DNA of 64,000 nucleotides from Cenarchaeum sp. (GTDB taxonomy: Archaea; Thermoproteota; Nitrososphaeria; Nitrososphaerales; Nitrosopumilaceae), in contig OY843584.1 of the NCBI GenBank assembly GCA_963692915.1, positions 1,248,001 to 1,312,000 of the forward strand. Reading direction: 5' to 3'. Positions 9,161 through 19,054 of the stretch are shown one piece after another. Within the stretch, counting starts at the first letter, position 1; each line of letters opens with the position of its first letter. The notes under the pieces were generated by a model, which was not told the DNA's origin, searched no databases, and worked only from the letters and a program-made list of their open reading frames with translations. The position numbers and the translations under genes are program-made.

Positions 9161-11009
9161 CCCGTCGACCTCGTTCAACCAGATATCGCCAAGCGAGTTC
9201 TTTTACAGGAACCGCGACTTGGCAGGGTTCAGCAATCCGACGCGCTCGCTCTACACGGCAGTCAGGGAGTTCGTCGAGAACTCCCTTGACGCGTGCGACC
9301 GCAGCGGGACGCTGCCAAACGTCCACCTCTCGATAAAGGCAGTCGACCCCGAGGGCACAGACCCACGGCACTATATGCTCACCGTGACTGACAATGGGCC
9401 GGGAATCCCCTCAAAGCACGTGCCCCTCGCGTTTGGAACCGTCCTCTATGGCTCAAAGTTCGTCCTCCAGCAGACTCGCGGGATGTTTGGCCTTGGCGCG
9501 ACGATGGCAATACTCTACGGCCAGATAACTACAAACAGCGCTGTGCACGTAAAGAGCTCGACGGATGGCGAGACGCGCGATGAGTACGAGATGCTTCTTG
9601 ACATACAAAAAAACAAGCCCGTCATACAAAAGCACGTGACAGTTCCGACAAAGTCAAGGGGCCTGAGCGTGAGCATCTGCCTAGAGGGCGATTACACAAA
9701 GGCAGGCGCCAAGATACGCGATTATGTTCACAAGACGGCCATCATCACGCCTTATGCGACGCTGACGTTTGATGACCCAAAGGGCAAGAGGTACACGTAT
9801 CCACGAATAATAAAGTCAATGCCACTACCGCCGACGATCATCATGCCGCACCCCTATGGCGTGGATGTTGAGACGATACGGCGCATGGTCGTCGAGAGCA
9901 TGGTCGGCATCCCCGCGATGGACGAAAAGATGATGGCTCGCCTGCGCCGCGAGCTAAAGGTAAAGACGCTGACACGCGATGCAGTCCTAAAGGCTGCCAA
10001 GCGCAGGTGGAAGGAGATCACGCGCAACACAAAGATTGCAGTTACACTAATGTCGATCCTAGAGATAGAGCCGGCCCGCCTCGACAGAATACGCGTTGAG
10101 GACATCAATATCACGCGCGGCGAGATCACGTACTGGGACTTTGCGACATCAAAGTCAGTGAGTGTAAAGCTGGATCCCGAGGGCGAGTATTACTCGCAGC
10201 TTGCACACATGGTTCAGGGCGAGACGCTAGTCTCGATGCTCACAAAGAGGTTCCAGCGCGTGGGGCGCAAGACGGCCGAAAAATTTGCCACGTTTGCCGG
10301 ATTCAAGCCAGAGGCGCGCCTCGGAAGCATGTCCAACACGGATCTCGTAAAGCTCAGCGACGCGCTCCAAAAGTTCACCGAGTTCAAGCCTCCGGATCCG
10401 CAGTGCCTCGCGCCGCTCGGTGACGATCCCCTCGAGCGCGGCATAAGGCGGTCGCTAAATCCCGATTTTTGCGCCGTCGTCCAGAGGCCTGCCTCGGCGT
10501 ACTCGGGGTTTCCCTTTGTCATCGAGCTTGGGGTCGCGTATGGCGGCGACGTGCCAACTGACGGGCCGAGGGTCTACAGGTACGCAAACCGCATACCGCT
10601 CCTGTACGACGAGGGCAGCGACGTCGTCTTAAAGGTCATCGGGGACATTGACTGGCCACGCTACAAGATAAAGGGGGATCCCCCGCTCGTCATAGTCTCG
10701 CACATATGCTCAACGCGCATACCCTACAAGACTGTAGGAAAGGAGAATGTCGCCGACCGCGCCGAGATAGAGCGCGAGCTGCGACTTGCGCTCCAATACC
10801 TTTTGCGCAAGCTTGCAACATATATGTCAAAGAAGGGACAGGCCGAAAATGCCCGCAAACGGGCAGACCTTTACACAAAGTACATTCCGCTCATCGCGCA
10901 GTTTTGCACCGAGCTGGCCGGGAAAAAGAAAAAGCCCGCATACGAGCAGATGCTAAAGGAGACGCGCGCAGGCATTGATGATCAGGGCGAGTCGACCCCA
11001 AAGTCCTAG
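9153..11009 (+). CDS. top6B: DNA topoisomerase VI subunit B
   Basis: ISPSEFFYRN, EFVENSLDA, DNGPGIP, GSKF..QTRGMFGLG, RYANRIPLLYD. Confidence 0.96.
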   Translation: MSSPSTSFNQISPSEFFYRNRDLAGFSNPTRSLYTAVREFVENSLDACDRSGTLPNVHLSIKAVDPEGTDPRHYMLTVTDNGPGIPSKHVPLAFGTVLYGSKFVLQQTRGMFGLGATMAILYGQITTNSAVHVKSSTDGETRDEYEMLLDIQKNKPVIQKHVTVPTKSRGLSVSICLEGDYTKAGAKIRDYVHKTAIITPYATLTFDDPKGKRYTYPRIIKSMPLPPTIIMPHPYGVDVETIRRMVVESMVGIPAMDEKMMARLRRELKVKTLTRDAVLKAAKRRWKEITRNTKIAVTLMSILEIEPARLDRIRVEDINITRGEITYWDFATSKSVSVKLDPEGEYYSQLAHMVQGETLVSMLTKRFQRVGRKTAEKFATFAGFKPEARLGSMSNTDLVKLSDALQKFTEFKPPDPQCLAPLGDDPLERGIRRSLNPDFCAVVQRPASAYSGFPFVIELGVAYGGDVPTDGPRVYRYANRIPLLYDEGSDVVLKVIGDIDWPRYKIKGDPPLVIVSHICSTRIPYKTVGKENVADRAEIERELRLALQYLLRKLATYMSKKGQAENARKRADLYTKYIPLIAQFCTELAGKKKKPAYEQMLKETRAGIDDQGESTPKS

Positions 11010-12085
11010 CCCATGAGATCCCTTATTGCGAGAAGGAGCCTCGAGTTTGCCTCATGCGTGCCTATCGTCGCGCGCATGCATCCCGTGCGCCCGCCGACCT
11101 TGCCGATCATGCGCACCGATATTCCCTGCTCGGCTAGTGCGGTGTGAACCTGCCTGTGCGCCTTTCCCGCATCAAAGAGGACAAAGTTTGCCTGCGAGCC
11201 AAACGCGTCGATCGCATCATGCGAGGAGAGCGCGCGTGTCACGCGATCCCTCTCGGATATGGTCGTCTTTACGGCATTCCTCATCGCCGCCAGGCTCCCG
11301 TCATCAAGTGATGCTATCGCCGCCTCTATTGAGACCGAGGAGATGGGGTACGGGTACTGGAGCGTCGAGCCAAAGGGTTCGGCCATCTCGCGCGGCGCGA
11401 TCGCATAGCCGACGCGCAGGCCCGCGAGGCCAAAGGACTTTGACATTGTCCTCACGACGATCAGGTTCTCCTGCGAGCGGGCCATCGTGGCAAGCGAATA
11501 GCGCGCAAACTCGGCGTATGCCTCATCAACGATAACGAGACCGTCAAATGACTTGATGAGGCGGCGCAGTCGGCGCTCGGGGAACTGGAATCCCGTGGGA
11601 TTGTTTGGCGAGTCGAGATATATCGCATCGGCCTTGCGCGCTGCCTCCTCGACGGCTCCCATGTCCACAGTCATGTCATGCCCAAAGGGGACGCGATCCA
11701 GGCGCATGCCGTGAAGGGCGCAGCGAGCCTCAAAGAAGGAGAACGTCGGCTCTGTCACTAGTATGCGTGAGCGGCGCGCGAGGAGGTGGGAGACGGCAAG
11801 GTCGAGTATCTGATCAGAGCCGTTTCCAACGATAATGTTCCCTGCGGGCACGCCGACATAGTTGGCCAGAGCCGCGGCAAGTCGCGCAGCACCGCCGTCT
11901 GGATACTCTCGCACGTCAGTCGTGCGACGTGCAACGCCAAGTGCGGCCTGCGGGACTGCTTTTGGGATGACGAAGTTCTCGTTTGTGTCAAGCCTTGCAG
12001 TCGTTCTCTGCGGGCGAACTGCCGGCGTGTATGAGCCGGTCTGGTGTATGGCGTCGATGCGCTTGGCGAGTGCGGCGCGGCTCAG
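11006..12085 (-). CDS. hisC: Histidinol-phosphate aminotransferase; probable CTG start at 12085
   Basis: GNGSDQ, SPNNPTG, VDEAY, RTMSKSFGLAGLRVGY; frame is open upstream of track start 11914 and includes RLDTNEN. Confidence 0.92.
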   Translation of the reverse strand: MSRAALAKRIDAIHQTGSYTPAVRPQRTTARLDTNENFVIPKAVPQAALGVARRTTDVREYPDGGAARLAAALANYVGVPAGNIIVGNGSDQILDLAVSHLLARRSRILVTEPTFSFFEARCALHGMRLDRVPFGHDMTVDMGAVEEAARKADAIYLDSPNNPTGFQFPERRLRRLIKSFDGLVIVDEAYAEFARYSLATMARSQENLIVVRTMSKSFGLAGLRVGYAIAPREMAEPFGSTLQYPYPISSVSIEAAIASLDDGSLAAMRNAVKTTISERDRVTRALSSHDAIDAFGSQANFVLFDAGKAHRQVHTALAEQGISVRMIGKVGGRTGCMRATIGTHEANSRLLLAIRDLMG

Positions 12086-13365
12086 CGTAAGCGCCCCCTG
12101 ACTGCCGCAGAGTGGGCCGGGAGACCCTCTGCTGCGGCTAGCACGTCAATGTGCGGCATTACGTCGCGCAACGCAGCACGCGAGGCTCGTGCAGACACGC
12201 GCAGCTTTACAAAGTCGATCACCGAGAGCGGGCCGCGCGCACGACCACCGCGGCCGGTGGGGAGTATGTGGTTTGAGCCGAGCGCATAGTCGCTTGCCGC
12301 CGAGGGCGTGTCACCTAGGAGAACCATTCCAGCCGAGCGCACGTCAGCAGCATCACGCGCAGCCGAGCGCGTCATGACCTGCACATGCTCGGGTGCCATG
12401 ATATCGGCTAGGCGCAGGGCATCGGCGCGCGACTTGCAGACTGCGATAAACGCGTTCTTTGAGAGGCTTGTCCTGATGATCGCCGATCGGGCTGATGAGG
12501 CGATGGTGTCACCAAGGAGTGCGGCGACCTTGTGCGCGAGACGCTCAGAGTCAGTTGCCAAAAAGCAGCGCGCATCACCACTGTGCTCGGCCTGCGAGAC
12601 GAGGTCAAGCGCGATGTGGCGCGGGGAGGCCGACGAGTCGGCGACTATGCCAAGCTCTGTAGGACCGGCCGTCATGTCTATTGCAGTTGTGCCCGAGACG
12701 AGCGACTTTGCCGCAGCGACGTACGGGCCGCCGGGACCAACAATCTTGTCGACTGGCCGGATAGTGCGCGTTCCGTGAGCCATCGCAGCTATCGCATGCG
12801 CGCCGCCCATGCGATAGATCTCTGTGGCTCCGCAGATGTCGGCGGCCACGAGCGTGAGCGCGTCGATCTCGCCGTCACGGGCCGGCGGCGAGGCGACTGC
12901 TATACGGGGCACGCCGGCTATGCGCGCAGGGACTATGGACATGATGGCCGAGCTAGGATATCGAGCCGCTCCGCCTGGCACATAGCATCCGACGCTCCGG
13001 AGGGGAACGAACTCGCGCCGTACGTGCACGCCGGCCGTGCGCGTCGTGCCTGCACGGAGGAGCCTCCTTGTTGCCGCCTCGGCGGCTCCCAGGCGCGAGG
13101 CCACGGCACGGATCGCCGCAATCTCGTGGCGCGACACGCGCGCGTGTGCGGCGCGAATCTGCGAGCGCGTGACCCTGAGTGCCGCCGGCCGTGCGGCGCC
13201 AAACTTGCGCTCATAGCGCATGATGGCCGTATCGCCCCCGCGAACCACGCCGGCGATTATGGCAAAGACGTCGTGTTCAAGACGCGCGCTGCGCGAAACC
13301 GGCCATGCGTGTGCCGCAAAGCGCTCAACATCACGAACGACGCGCACGGCCACGGGTGGGCGCAC
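12082..13365 (-). CDS. hisD: Histidinol dehydrogenase
   Basis: GCYVPGG..YPSS, KIVGPG, DLVSQAEH, APEH, DYALGSNHILPT. Confidence 0.96.
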   Translation of the reverse strand: MRPPVAVRVVRDVERFAAHAWPVSRSARLEHDVFAIIAGVVRGGDTAIMRYERKFGAARPAALRVTRSQIRAAHARVSRHEIAAIRAVASRLGAAEAATRRLLRAGTTRTAGVHVRREFVPLRSVGCYVPGGAARYPSSAIMSIVPARIAGVPRIAVASPPARDGEIDALTLVAADICGATEIYRMGGAHAIAAMAHGTRTIRPVDKIVGPGGPYVAAAKSLVSGTTAIDMTAGPTELGIVADSSASPRHIALDLVSQAEHSGDARCFLATDSERLAHKVAALLGDTIASSARSAIIRTSLSKNAFIAVCKSRADALRLADIMAPEHVQVMTRSAARDAADVRSAGMVLLGDTPSAASDYALGSNHILPTGRGGRARGPLSVIDFVKLRVSARASRAALRDVMPHIDVLAAAEGLPAHSAAVRGRLR

Positions 13366-13368
13366 GCG

Positions 13369-14394
13369 CTATCGCCTCTTTTTTGCACGCCGGCCGGCCT
13401 GTGGACGCCGACGGGCATGCTCGTGGCCGGTCTCGGCGCGGCTAATCTCCTCGAGCTCCAATATCTGGCGCGGCTCGTGGACGACGAGACCCTGCGCAAG
13501 GCGGCGAACCTTTGGGATTAGCGCGTGGTACTCGGACTTTTTGACGACGGTATTGACGCCGTACCAGCCGTCCTCGCCGAGCGGGCTGATAGTCGGGCGC
13601 TTTAGTGATGGAATTGCCGCAAGGAGCCTAGCCAGGTTGCGCTTTTCGACGTTTAGGTACACGTGAAGGTACTTTTTGCCGTGAACCGCACCGCGCAGCA
13701 TGGTCACAATGTCAAATATCTTTTCGCGTTTTTTTGCATCACGCATAGAGTCACGGTTTGCGATGAGGTGCGCCGTGGACACCAGGACATCATCGCCTAT
13801 CTTTAGCTTGTTCTGCGTCAGCGTCGTGCCCGTCTCGGTGACATCAAGTATCGCATCAACGTCCTCAGGTGGTTTTGCCTCAGTTGCGCCAAACGAGAGG
13901 TGGATCTGGACGGCCTTGTTGGTGCCCGTTCGCAACCACGGTGTGACTATTAGCGGCTCGCGTGAGCCAAAGCGCCTCTTGTATGACGCGCATGACTTTA
14001 CAAACCGTGCCGTGGTCGTGAGGTACTCGGTAGATATGCGCAATGTGCGACCTTTTTTGGCATAGTCGGCGATCATCGAGTCAAGGCCGGCGTATCGCGA
14101 ATTTGGGAATGCGGTGACTAGGCGGACGCGCCCGTACTCTAGGTCAAGGAGCTCCTCCACGTCGGCGCGCGCCTCGCCGACCCAGTCATTGCCCGTGATT
14201 CCGACATCATAGAGACCCTCTGCGACTAGTGTCGGGATCTCTTGAGGGCGCAACATCTTTACTGTTATCTGCGGGTCATCAAGGTATACCCTGTACGTGC
14301 GATCCTTGCGCCTCACGCAAGTCCACGAGCGCTCGAGAAGGCGAAACGTCGAGTCCTCAAGGCTCCCCTTTGGTATGGCAAGTCTTACGGCCAT
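13369..14394 (-). CDS. hisG: ATP phosphoribosyltransferase (long form)
   Basis: AIPKGSL, RPQEIP, DVGITG, GATEAKP, DVTETGTTL, C-terminal ACT-like domain. Confidence 0.95.
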   Translation of the reverse strand: MAVRLAIPKGSLEDSTFRLLERSWTCVRRKDRTYRVYLDDPQITVKMLRPQEIPTLVAEGLYDVGITGNDWVGEARADVEELLDLEYGRVRLVTAFPNSRYAGLDSMIADYAKKGRTLRISTEYLTTTARFVKSCASYKRRFGSREPLIVTPWLRTGTNKAVQIHLSFGATEAKPPEDVDAILDVTETGTTLTQNKLKIGDDVLVSTAHLIANRDSMRDAKKREKIFDIVTMLRGAVHGKKYLHVYLNVEKRNLARLLAAIPSLKRPTISPLGEDGWYGVNTVVKKSEYHALIPKVRRLAQGLVVHEPRQILELEEISRAETGHEHARRRPQAGRRAKKRR

Positions 14395-14417
14395 CGGTGC
14401 CACGGCGATGCGGGCAG

Positions 14418-14812
14418 CTATATATCTAGTGCACGGGCGAGCCGCACCTCGCGCTTCCTCCTCTTGTGCTCCAGCGACGCCGACGGCGGCGGCGTGTTGG
14501 AGTTCTGGTAGTACGACAGCGTGCGCCTCATCGTCCCGACCTCCGCCTCCAGCTCGGCGATCCTCTCGTCCCGCACACCGATCTCGCCCTTCAGCTCGGC
14601 AACACTCTCCTGCAGCTCGCTAATCTTCCTGTCCCGCGCCCTGGCCCGCTCCTCGGAGGCACTGAACATGCCCCGGAGCTGTGCCAACTCGTGGCCTGGC
14701 TCCCCACGCTCGCGCCGTTTGCCCTTCACGTCCCGGCGTGCGCCGCCGCGGTAAATGGATCGGCAGGATCGCGCCTATTTGACCAAAAGGGGAGGAGGTG
14801 CTGACCTCATAC
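14418..14812 (-). mobile_element. Truncated IS66-like transposase remnant (ORF 14418-14729) with possible terminal repeat at 14801-14812
   Basis: Coiled coil followed by YYQNSNTPPPS, as in IS66 transposase N-termini; no catalytic domain; minus-strand GTATGAGGTCAG resembles IS66-type ends. Confidence 0.6.
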
Positions 14813-14831
14813 GCTCAACGTTGTGCGTGCG

Positions 14832-16100
14832 CTAGGCTTCGGCACTGCGCGCAGTGCCGAGTATCTCCCTGGCGCGACCCTCTGATATGTCACCCTCCTT
14901 GACCATCTGTTTGGCAATGGCCGCGGCACGATCGGGGCGTGCGCCGGCCGCAATGGCAAGATTTCTCGCATGGAGGCGCATATGGCCTGCCTGTATTCCC
15001 GTCGTCACTAGCGCACGCATTGCCGAATAGTTCTGCGCGAGTCCCGCGGCGGCCATGATGCACGCAAGGTCGCCTGAGGAGGAGACACGCATGATCTTTG
15101 CGCACACACGAGCAGTCGCGTGAATCCCCGATATGCCACCGATGATCCCGACTGCGAGCGGAATTTCGAGGCGTCCGACGAGGTTCCCGTTCTCATCAAC
15201 TGACCACTCGCTAAGTGACGAATACACGCCGCTGCGCGCGGCGTGCGCGTGGGCCGCAGCCTCGATCGCGCGCACGTCCTGGCCCACTGCCGAGGCGACT
15301 GCGACAATCCCGTTCATGATCCCCTTGTTGTGCGTTACTGCGCGATACATGTCATGCTTTGCGAGCTGGTGGGCGAGTATCATGTCATTTACCGTGCCGC
15401 TACCCCCAACCTCGGACTTTTCAAACACGGCAGTCACGCTAACCGTGCGTCGTGTCGAATAGTTTGAGAGGATTCGCATTAGCGCGCGGCCCTTCGTTGC
15501 GGTCTCGATCACTGGTGCAGCAGCCTCACACATTGAGTTTGTCGCGTTGGCTCCCATTGCGTCGCCGACGTCGACGTCGATCTCGACGACTAGCTGTTCA
15601 GGGCCGTCGGTCTTTACTCGCCGGCACGAGACGGACTTTGCTCCGTGGCCAAGTCGCGGAAGCGTGCGACTCGCCGAGTTTGCCGCATCGAGGATTGCGT
15701 CGGCAGCATCGGCAACCCTCGCCTCGGCATCACTCGCATAGTCGCCAGTCACCTGAACCTGCCCGATCATGTGGGCGTCGCCGGCGCGCGCACTAAACCC
15801 GCCTGTCGCGCGCGCAGCCTTTGCGCCACGCGAGGCCGCCGCGATAACGGAGGATTCCTCAGTGGCCATTGGGACGATCACGTCGCGCGAGTTGACCACA
15901 AAGTTCGTCGCCATGCCAAGCGGAACCCCAAACGTGCCTACGGCATTCTCGACCATCGAGTCGGCCTCTCCAAACGCAATCCCGCCGGCGCCGGACAGGA
16001 CTGCAATGTCCCCATCATCAAGCGAGGCGGCCTCACGGAGCGCCGTGAGGCGCTCGTCGCGATCCCTCCTAAAGAATCCCGGCAGTGACGAGCCGGCCAT
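14832..16100 (-). CDS. hmgA: HMG-CoA reductase, class II
   Basis: ENAVG, PMATEESSVIAAAS, DAMGAN, RILSN, THNKGIMNG, GHMRLH. Confidence 0.95.
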   Translation of the reverse strand: MAGSSLPGFFRRDRDERLTALREAASLDDGDIAVLSGAGGIAFGEADSMVENAVGTFGVPLGMATNFVVNSRDVIVPMATEESSVIAAASRGAKAARATGGFSARAGDAHMIGQVQVTGDYASDAEARVADAADAILDAANSASRTLPRLGHGAKSVSCRRVKTDGPEQLVVEIDVDVGDAMGANATNSMCEAAAPVIETATKGRALMRILSNYSTRRTVSVTAVFEKSEVGGSGTVNDMILAHQLAKHDMYRAVTHNKGIMNGIVAVASAVGQDVRAIEAAAHAHAARSGVYSSLSEWSVDENGNLVGRLEIPLAVGIIGGISGIHATARVCAKIMRVSSSGDLACIMAAAGLAQNYSAMRALVTTGIQAGHMRLHARNLAIAAGARPDRAAAIAKQMVKEGDISEGRAREILGTARSAEA

Positions 16101-16101
16101 G

Positions 16102-17190
16102 CTAGCGAACTACCTCTATGAGGCGGTCATCCTCGTCGTCGGCAAACCCGCCCGAGTCAGTGTTTGACGTTATCGCATAGAGCGTGCCGTCTGGCCCGCC
16201 GGCCACGTCGCGCATGCGGCCCAGGCCGCTGAAAACCGTGCCCTGCTCGCCGGTTCCAAGGTCGATTGCGTGTATAGTTCCGGCGCGCAGCGCGGCCACC
16301 ATCACGTGGCCCTCGTCACCCAGCGCTCCGCCACCATACACTGCAATGCCGCCGATTCCAAGTGCGGGATCAAAGCACGCAGCGGCGCCCGTGTGTGACG
16401 CGCCAGCGCACTCTTCATCGGGCCATCCGTGGTTGGCGCCGGCCTCGACAATGTTGAGCTCGTCATTCTTTGTTGGTCCGGCATCAGCGGCTATCATGCG
16501 CCCGTCGACATCCCACGAGATCCCGCGCACGTCGCGAAATCCCGACGCGTAGACTGGCGAGTCGGCCACAGGGTTGCCGTCTGGCACTGACCCGTCGGGG
16601 CGCACGCGAAGTATCTTGCCGGCCAGCGAGCCTGCATCCTGCGCGAGGCCTGATGAGTCAGACGTCGAGCCCGTCCCGATATACAGCATGCCGTCTGGTC
16701 CGATGGCGAGTGCGCCGCCGTTGGAAAAGTTGGAGCCCGGTATTTGCTCAATTACGGTGCCCACATCAGACGCCCTGCTCCCGTCCTCGCGGATCCACAT
16801 CACCCTGTTCCAGAGCTCGCCGGCCTCCTCGTACGTGACATACGCATAGAGTGTCATGCCGCCGTCGGGTTCGGTGTGCGTGGCAAGACCAACGAGTCCG
16901 GCGTCATGCGAGCCGGCCGCGCGGAGTGTGATTAGCGGGCGCTCAAGCAGCGCGCCGTCCTCAACAACCCTGATCGAACCGCCCCTCTCGGCGACAAAGA
17001 TGCGCTCGGCGTGCGTGGCAATTGCGCGTGGCTCATCGAGTCCGGATGCGAGAACCGCAGCATAGTCGCTGCCTTTCTCCAACGTCGTCGTGGGGGGCGG
17101 CAGCGGCACGCCTTGTGAGGGCGAGAGGAGTATTATCGCCGAGACTGCCACAGCGCCGGCGATTCCGGCAATCCTAAGTCGCCTGTCCAT
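16102..17190 (-). CDS. PQQ-dependent sugar dehydrogenase (glucose/sorbosone family), secreted or anchored
   Basis: Signal peptide; GPDGMLYIGTG, AGKILRV, DELN..GANHGWP, GRMRDV. Confidence 0.88.
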   Translation of the reverse strand: MDRRLRIAGIAGAVAVSAIILLSPSQGVPLPPPTTTLEKGSDYAAVLASGLDEPRAIATHAERIFVAERGGSIRVVEDGALLERPLITLRAAGSHDAGLVGLATHTEPDGGMTLYAYVTYEEAGELWNRVMWIREDGSRASDVGTVIEQIPGSNFSNGGALAIGPDGMLYIGTGSTSDSSGLAQDAGSLAGKILRVRPDGSVPDGNPVADSPVYASGFRDVRGISWDVDGRMIAADAGPTKNDELNIVEAGANHGWPDEECAGASHTGAAACFDPALGIGGIAVYGGGALGDEGHVMVAALRAGTIHAIDLGTGEQGTVFSGLGRMRDVAGGPDGTLYAITSNTDSGGFADDEDDRLIEVVR

Positions 17191-17248
17191 CGTCGAGCCG
17201 CCGGCGCACGTGCGCTCCTATTAATCCCACGCCGCGAGCCGCCGCGTG

Positions 17249-17271
17249 TTTGCGCGTTAATATATGGGAAT
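17249..17271 (+). promoter_or_regulatory. TATA-box-containing element upstream of dnaJ, nearly identical to 30311-30332
   Basis: TTTGCGCGTTAATATATGGGAAT versus TTTGCGTGTTAATATATGGAAT. Confidence 0.55.
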
Positions 17272-17338
17272 TTGGTCACGCACGCGCCATGAGCAGGGCG
17301 TGCCCACACGTGTGGCTTTTGTGCAGGTGTCGTGCGCG

Positions 17339-18415
17339 ATGAGCGCAAAGCGTGACTATTACGAGGTTTTGGGCATCTCGCGCGACGCGCAGCCTGAGGA
17401 GATAAAAAGGCAGTACAGAAAGCTCGCGCTAAAGTTCCATCCAGACAGGAACAAGTCAGCTGACGCACAGGAGCACTTTAAGGAGATTTCTGAGGCATAT
17501 GCCGTCATATCCGACAAGAAAAAGCGCCAGATATACGACACGCACGGCCATGCAGGCATAGACGGCCAGTACAGCACCGAGGACATGTTTAGCGGAGCTA
17601 GCTTTTCTGACATATTCGCCAACACCAACTTTTCTGACATGTTCGGCGGTGGCAGGGGCAGCACGATGTTCGAGTCACTCTTTGGCGGCGGCGAGCCGGG
17701 ACGCGGCAGGGATCTCCTCTGCGAGGTGAGCATGACGCTAGAGGACGTCCTGCACGGCAAGACAGTCGAGCTTGACATCAAAAAAGATGTAGAGTGCGAC
17801 TCGTGCCACGGTTCAGGCTCCAGTGACGGGAGGCGCGAGACGTGCTCGGCGTGCGGCGGGCGCGGAAGGGTTCAGTATGGAAGGCAGTCCGGCTATGCGT
17901 CATTTGTCACGGTGGGCCCGTGCAGGGCATGCGGCGCGTCTGGAACGATCGTAAAGGATCCGTGCAAAAAGTGTTCGGGGGCAGGCAAGAGGCACGGCAC
18001 ACGTCACGTGAGTCGTCTCATCCCGCCCGGAACAACAGATGGCGATTATTACCTAAAGGGCGAGGGCGAGTATGTCCCGGGAGACCAGAGCGGCGACCTT
18101 GTCTTTCGCGTCAGTGTCAGGAGGCATGAGCACTTTGTGCGTGACGGAGCCGACCTTGTCCATGCGCTTGACATATCGATGGTCGATGCGGCACTCGGCA
18201 GCAAGGTTGACGTGCCGACGCTAGAGGGAACCAAGTCGATCAGCGTGCAGGCTGCAAGCCAGCACGGCCAGACCGTGACTGTCAGGGGAGAGGGCCTGCC
18301 CACTGGCCACGGTGGCCGACGCGGTGACCTACTCGTAAAGCTGAGGGTCACCGTGCCAAAAAAGCTCACAAAGGACCAAAAGCGCCTACTCGAGGAGTTT
18401 CGCGCACAGAGCTAG
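17339..18415 (+). CDS. dnaJ: Chaperone DnaJ
   Basis: KRDYYEVLG, HPD, G/F-rich linker, four CxxCxGxG-type repeats. Confidence 0.96.
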   Translation: MSAKRDYYEVLGISRDAQPEEIKRQYRKLALKFHPDRNKSADAQEHFKEISEAYAVISDKKKRQIYDTHGHAGIDGQYSTEDMFSGASFSDIFANTNFSDMFGGGRGSTMFESLFGGGEPGRGRDLLCEVSMTLEDVLHGKTVELDIKKDVECDSCHGSGSSDGRRETCSACGGRGRVQYGRQSGYASFVTVGPCRACGASGTIVKDPCKKCSGAGKRHGTRHVSRLIPPGTTDGDYYLKGEGEYVPGDQSGDLVFRVSVRRHEHFVRDGADLVHALDISMVDAALGSKVDVPTLEGTKSISVQAASQHGQTVTVRGEGLPTGHGGRRGDLLVKLRVTVPKKLTKDQKRLLEEFRAQS

Positions 18416-18585
18416 TCGCCGCACGAGATGCGCAGCTCTATATCGTGACCCTCGCGGACGTGTGAGTTGTGTTGAGACCGTATGACCTCGCCTATGCGCT
18501 CGTCCGTATAGTATTTCCGGTTATAGCGGCCAATGACGCGCTCGCATTCCCTGCAGTATATGATCCTGTACTCGGTTGCGGCCAT
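18412..18585 (-). CDS. Small CxxC/His zinc-binding hypothetical protein, not in ORF track
   Basis: Manual translation MAATEYRIIYCRECERVIGRYNRKYYTDERIGEVIRSQHNSHVREGHDIELRISCGD. Confidence 0.7.
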   Translation of the reverse strand: MAATEYRIIYCRECERVIGRYNRKYYTDERIGEVIRSQHNSHVREGHDIELRISCGD

Positions 18586-18650
18586 CGTCGTGGGCGAATA
18601 TGGCGTGCGGGTTAAAAACGCACTTATTCGGGCCGCCTTGCGGTGCGCGC

Positions 18651-18738
18651 GCGGGGGTCGCCCAGCCCGGTCAAAGGCGTAAGGTTCAGGTCCTTATCTC
18701 TTAGGAGTTCGTGGGTTCGAATCCCACCCTCCGCACCA
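18651..18738 (+). tRNA. tRNA-Leu(CAG)
   Basis: Acceptor GCGGGGG/CCTCCGC, anticodon stem TAAGG/CCTTA with loop TTCAGGT, long variable arm, GGTTCGAATCC, encoded CCA. Confidence 0.96.
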
Positions 18739-18836
18739 TTCTTGCAAGTTATGAGGGGTCAGTGCGCACCCTGTCGCAGGGCACGCGCGCTTGTTTTATT
18801 ACCCCACGCGCCTCGATGCGGGGCATGGGAGGCGGC

Positions 18837-19049
18837 ATGGGCACGCGCGAGCTGCTCTACAAGGGGTCGGCCATCGGGGCGATGATAACTGCGCCGTCGC
18901 TTGCCGCGTTTGCGCTCGTGTGGTGGTACACCGGCGACATGGCAGTAGCTGCCGGCGTGGCAGCCGCAGCCCATGTAGGTGCTCTCGTCATGGCCTTTAA
19001 GATTGCCAGGAAGTTCCTTGTGAAACGCACGACGCCGGAGGGTCGATAG
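18837..19049 (+). CDS. Small two-TM membrane protein
   Basis: Two hydrophobic helices with basic tail; first gene of a + strand run. Confidence 0.7.
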   Translation: MGTRELLYKGSAIGAMITAPSLAAFALVWWYTGDMAVAAGVAAAAHVGALVMAFKIARKFLVKRTTPEGR

Positions 19050-19054
19050 GCGCT

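Noticed and set aside
12532-13521. Long alternative-frame or antisense ORFs (also 27805-28746, 35186-36127, 57626-58420)
   Set aside because: Shadows of well-supported genes in high-GC DNA; low-complexity Ala/Arg/Ser translations
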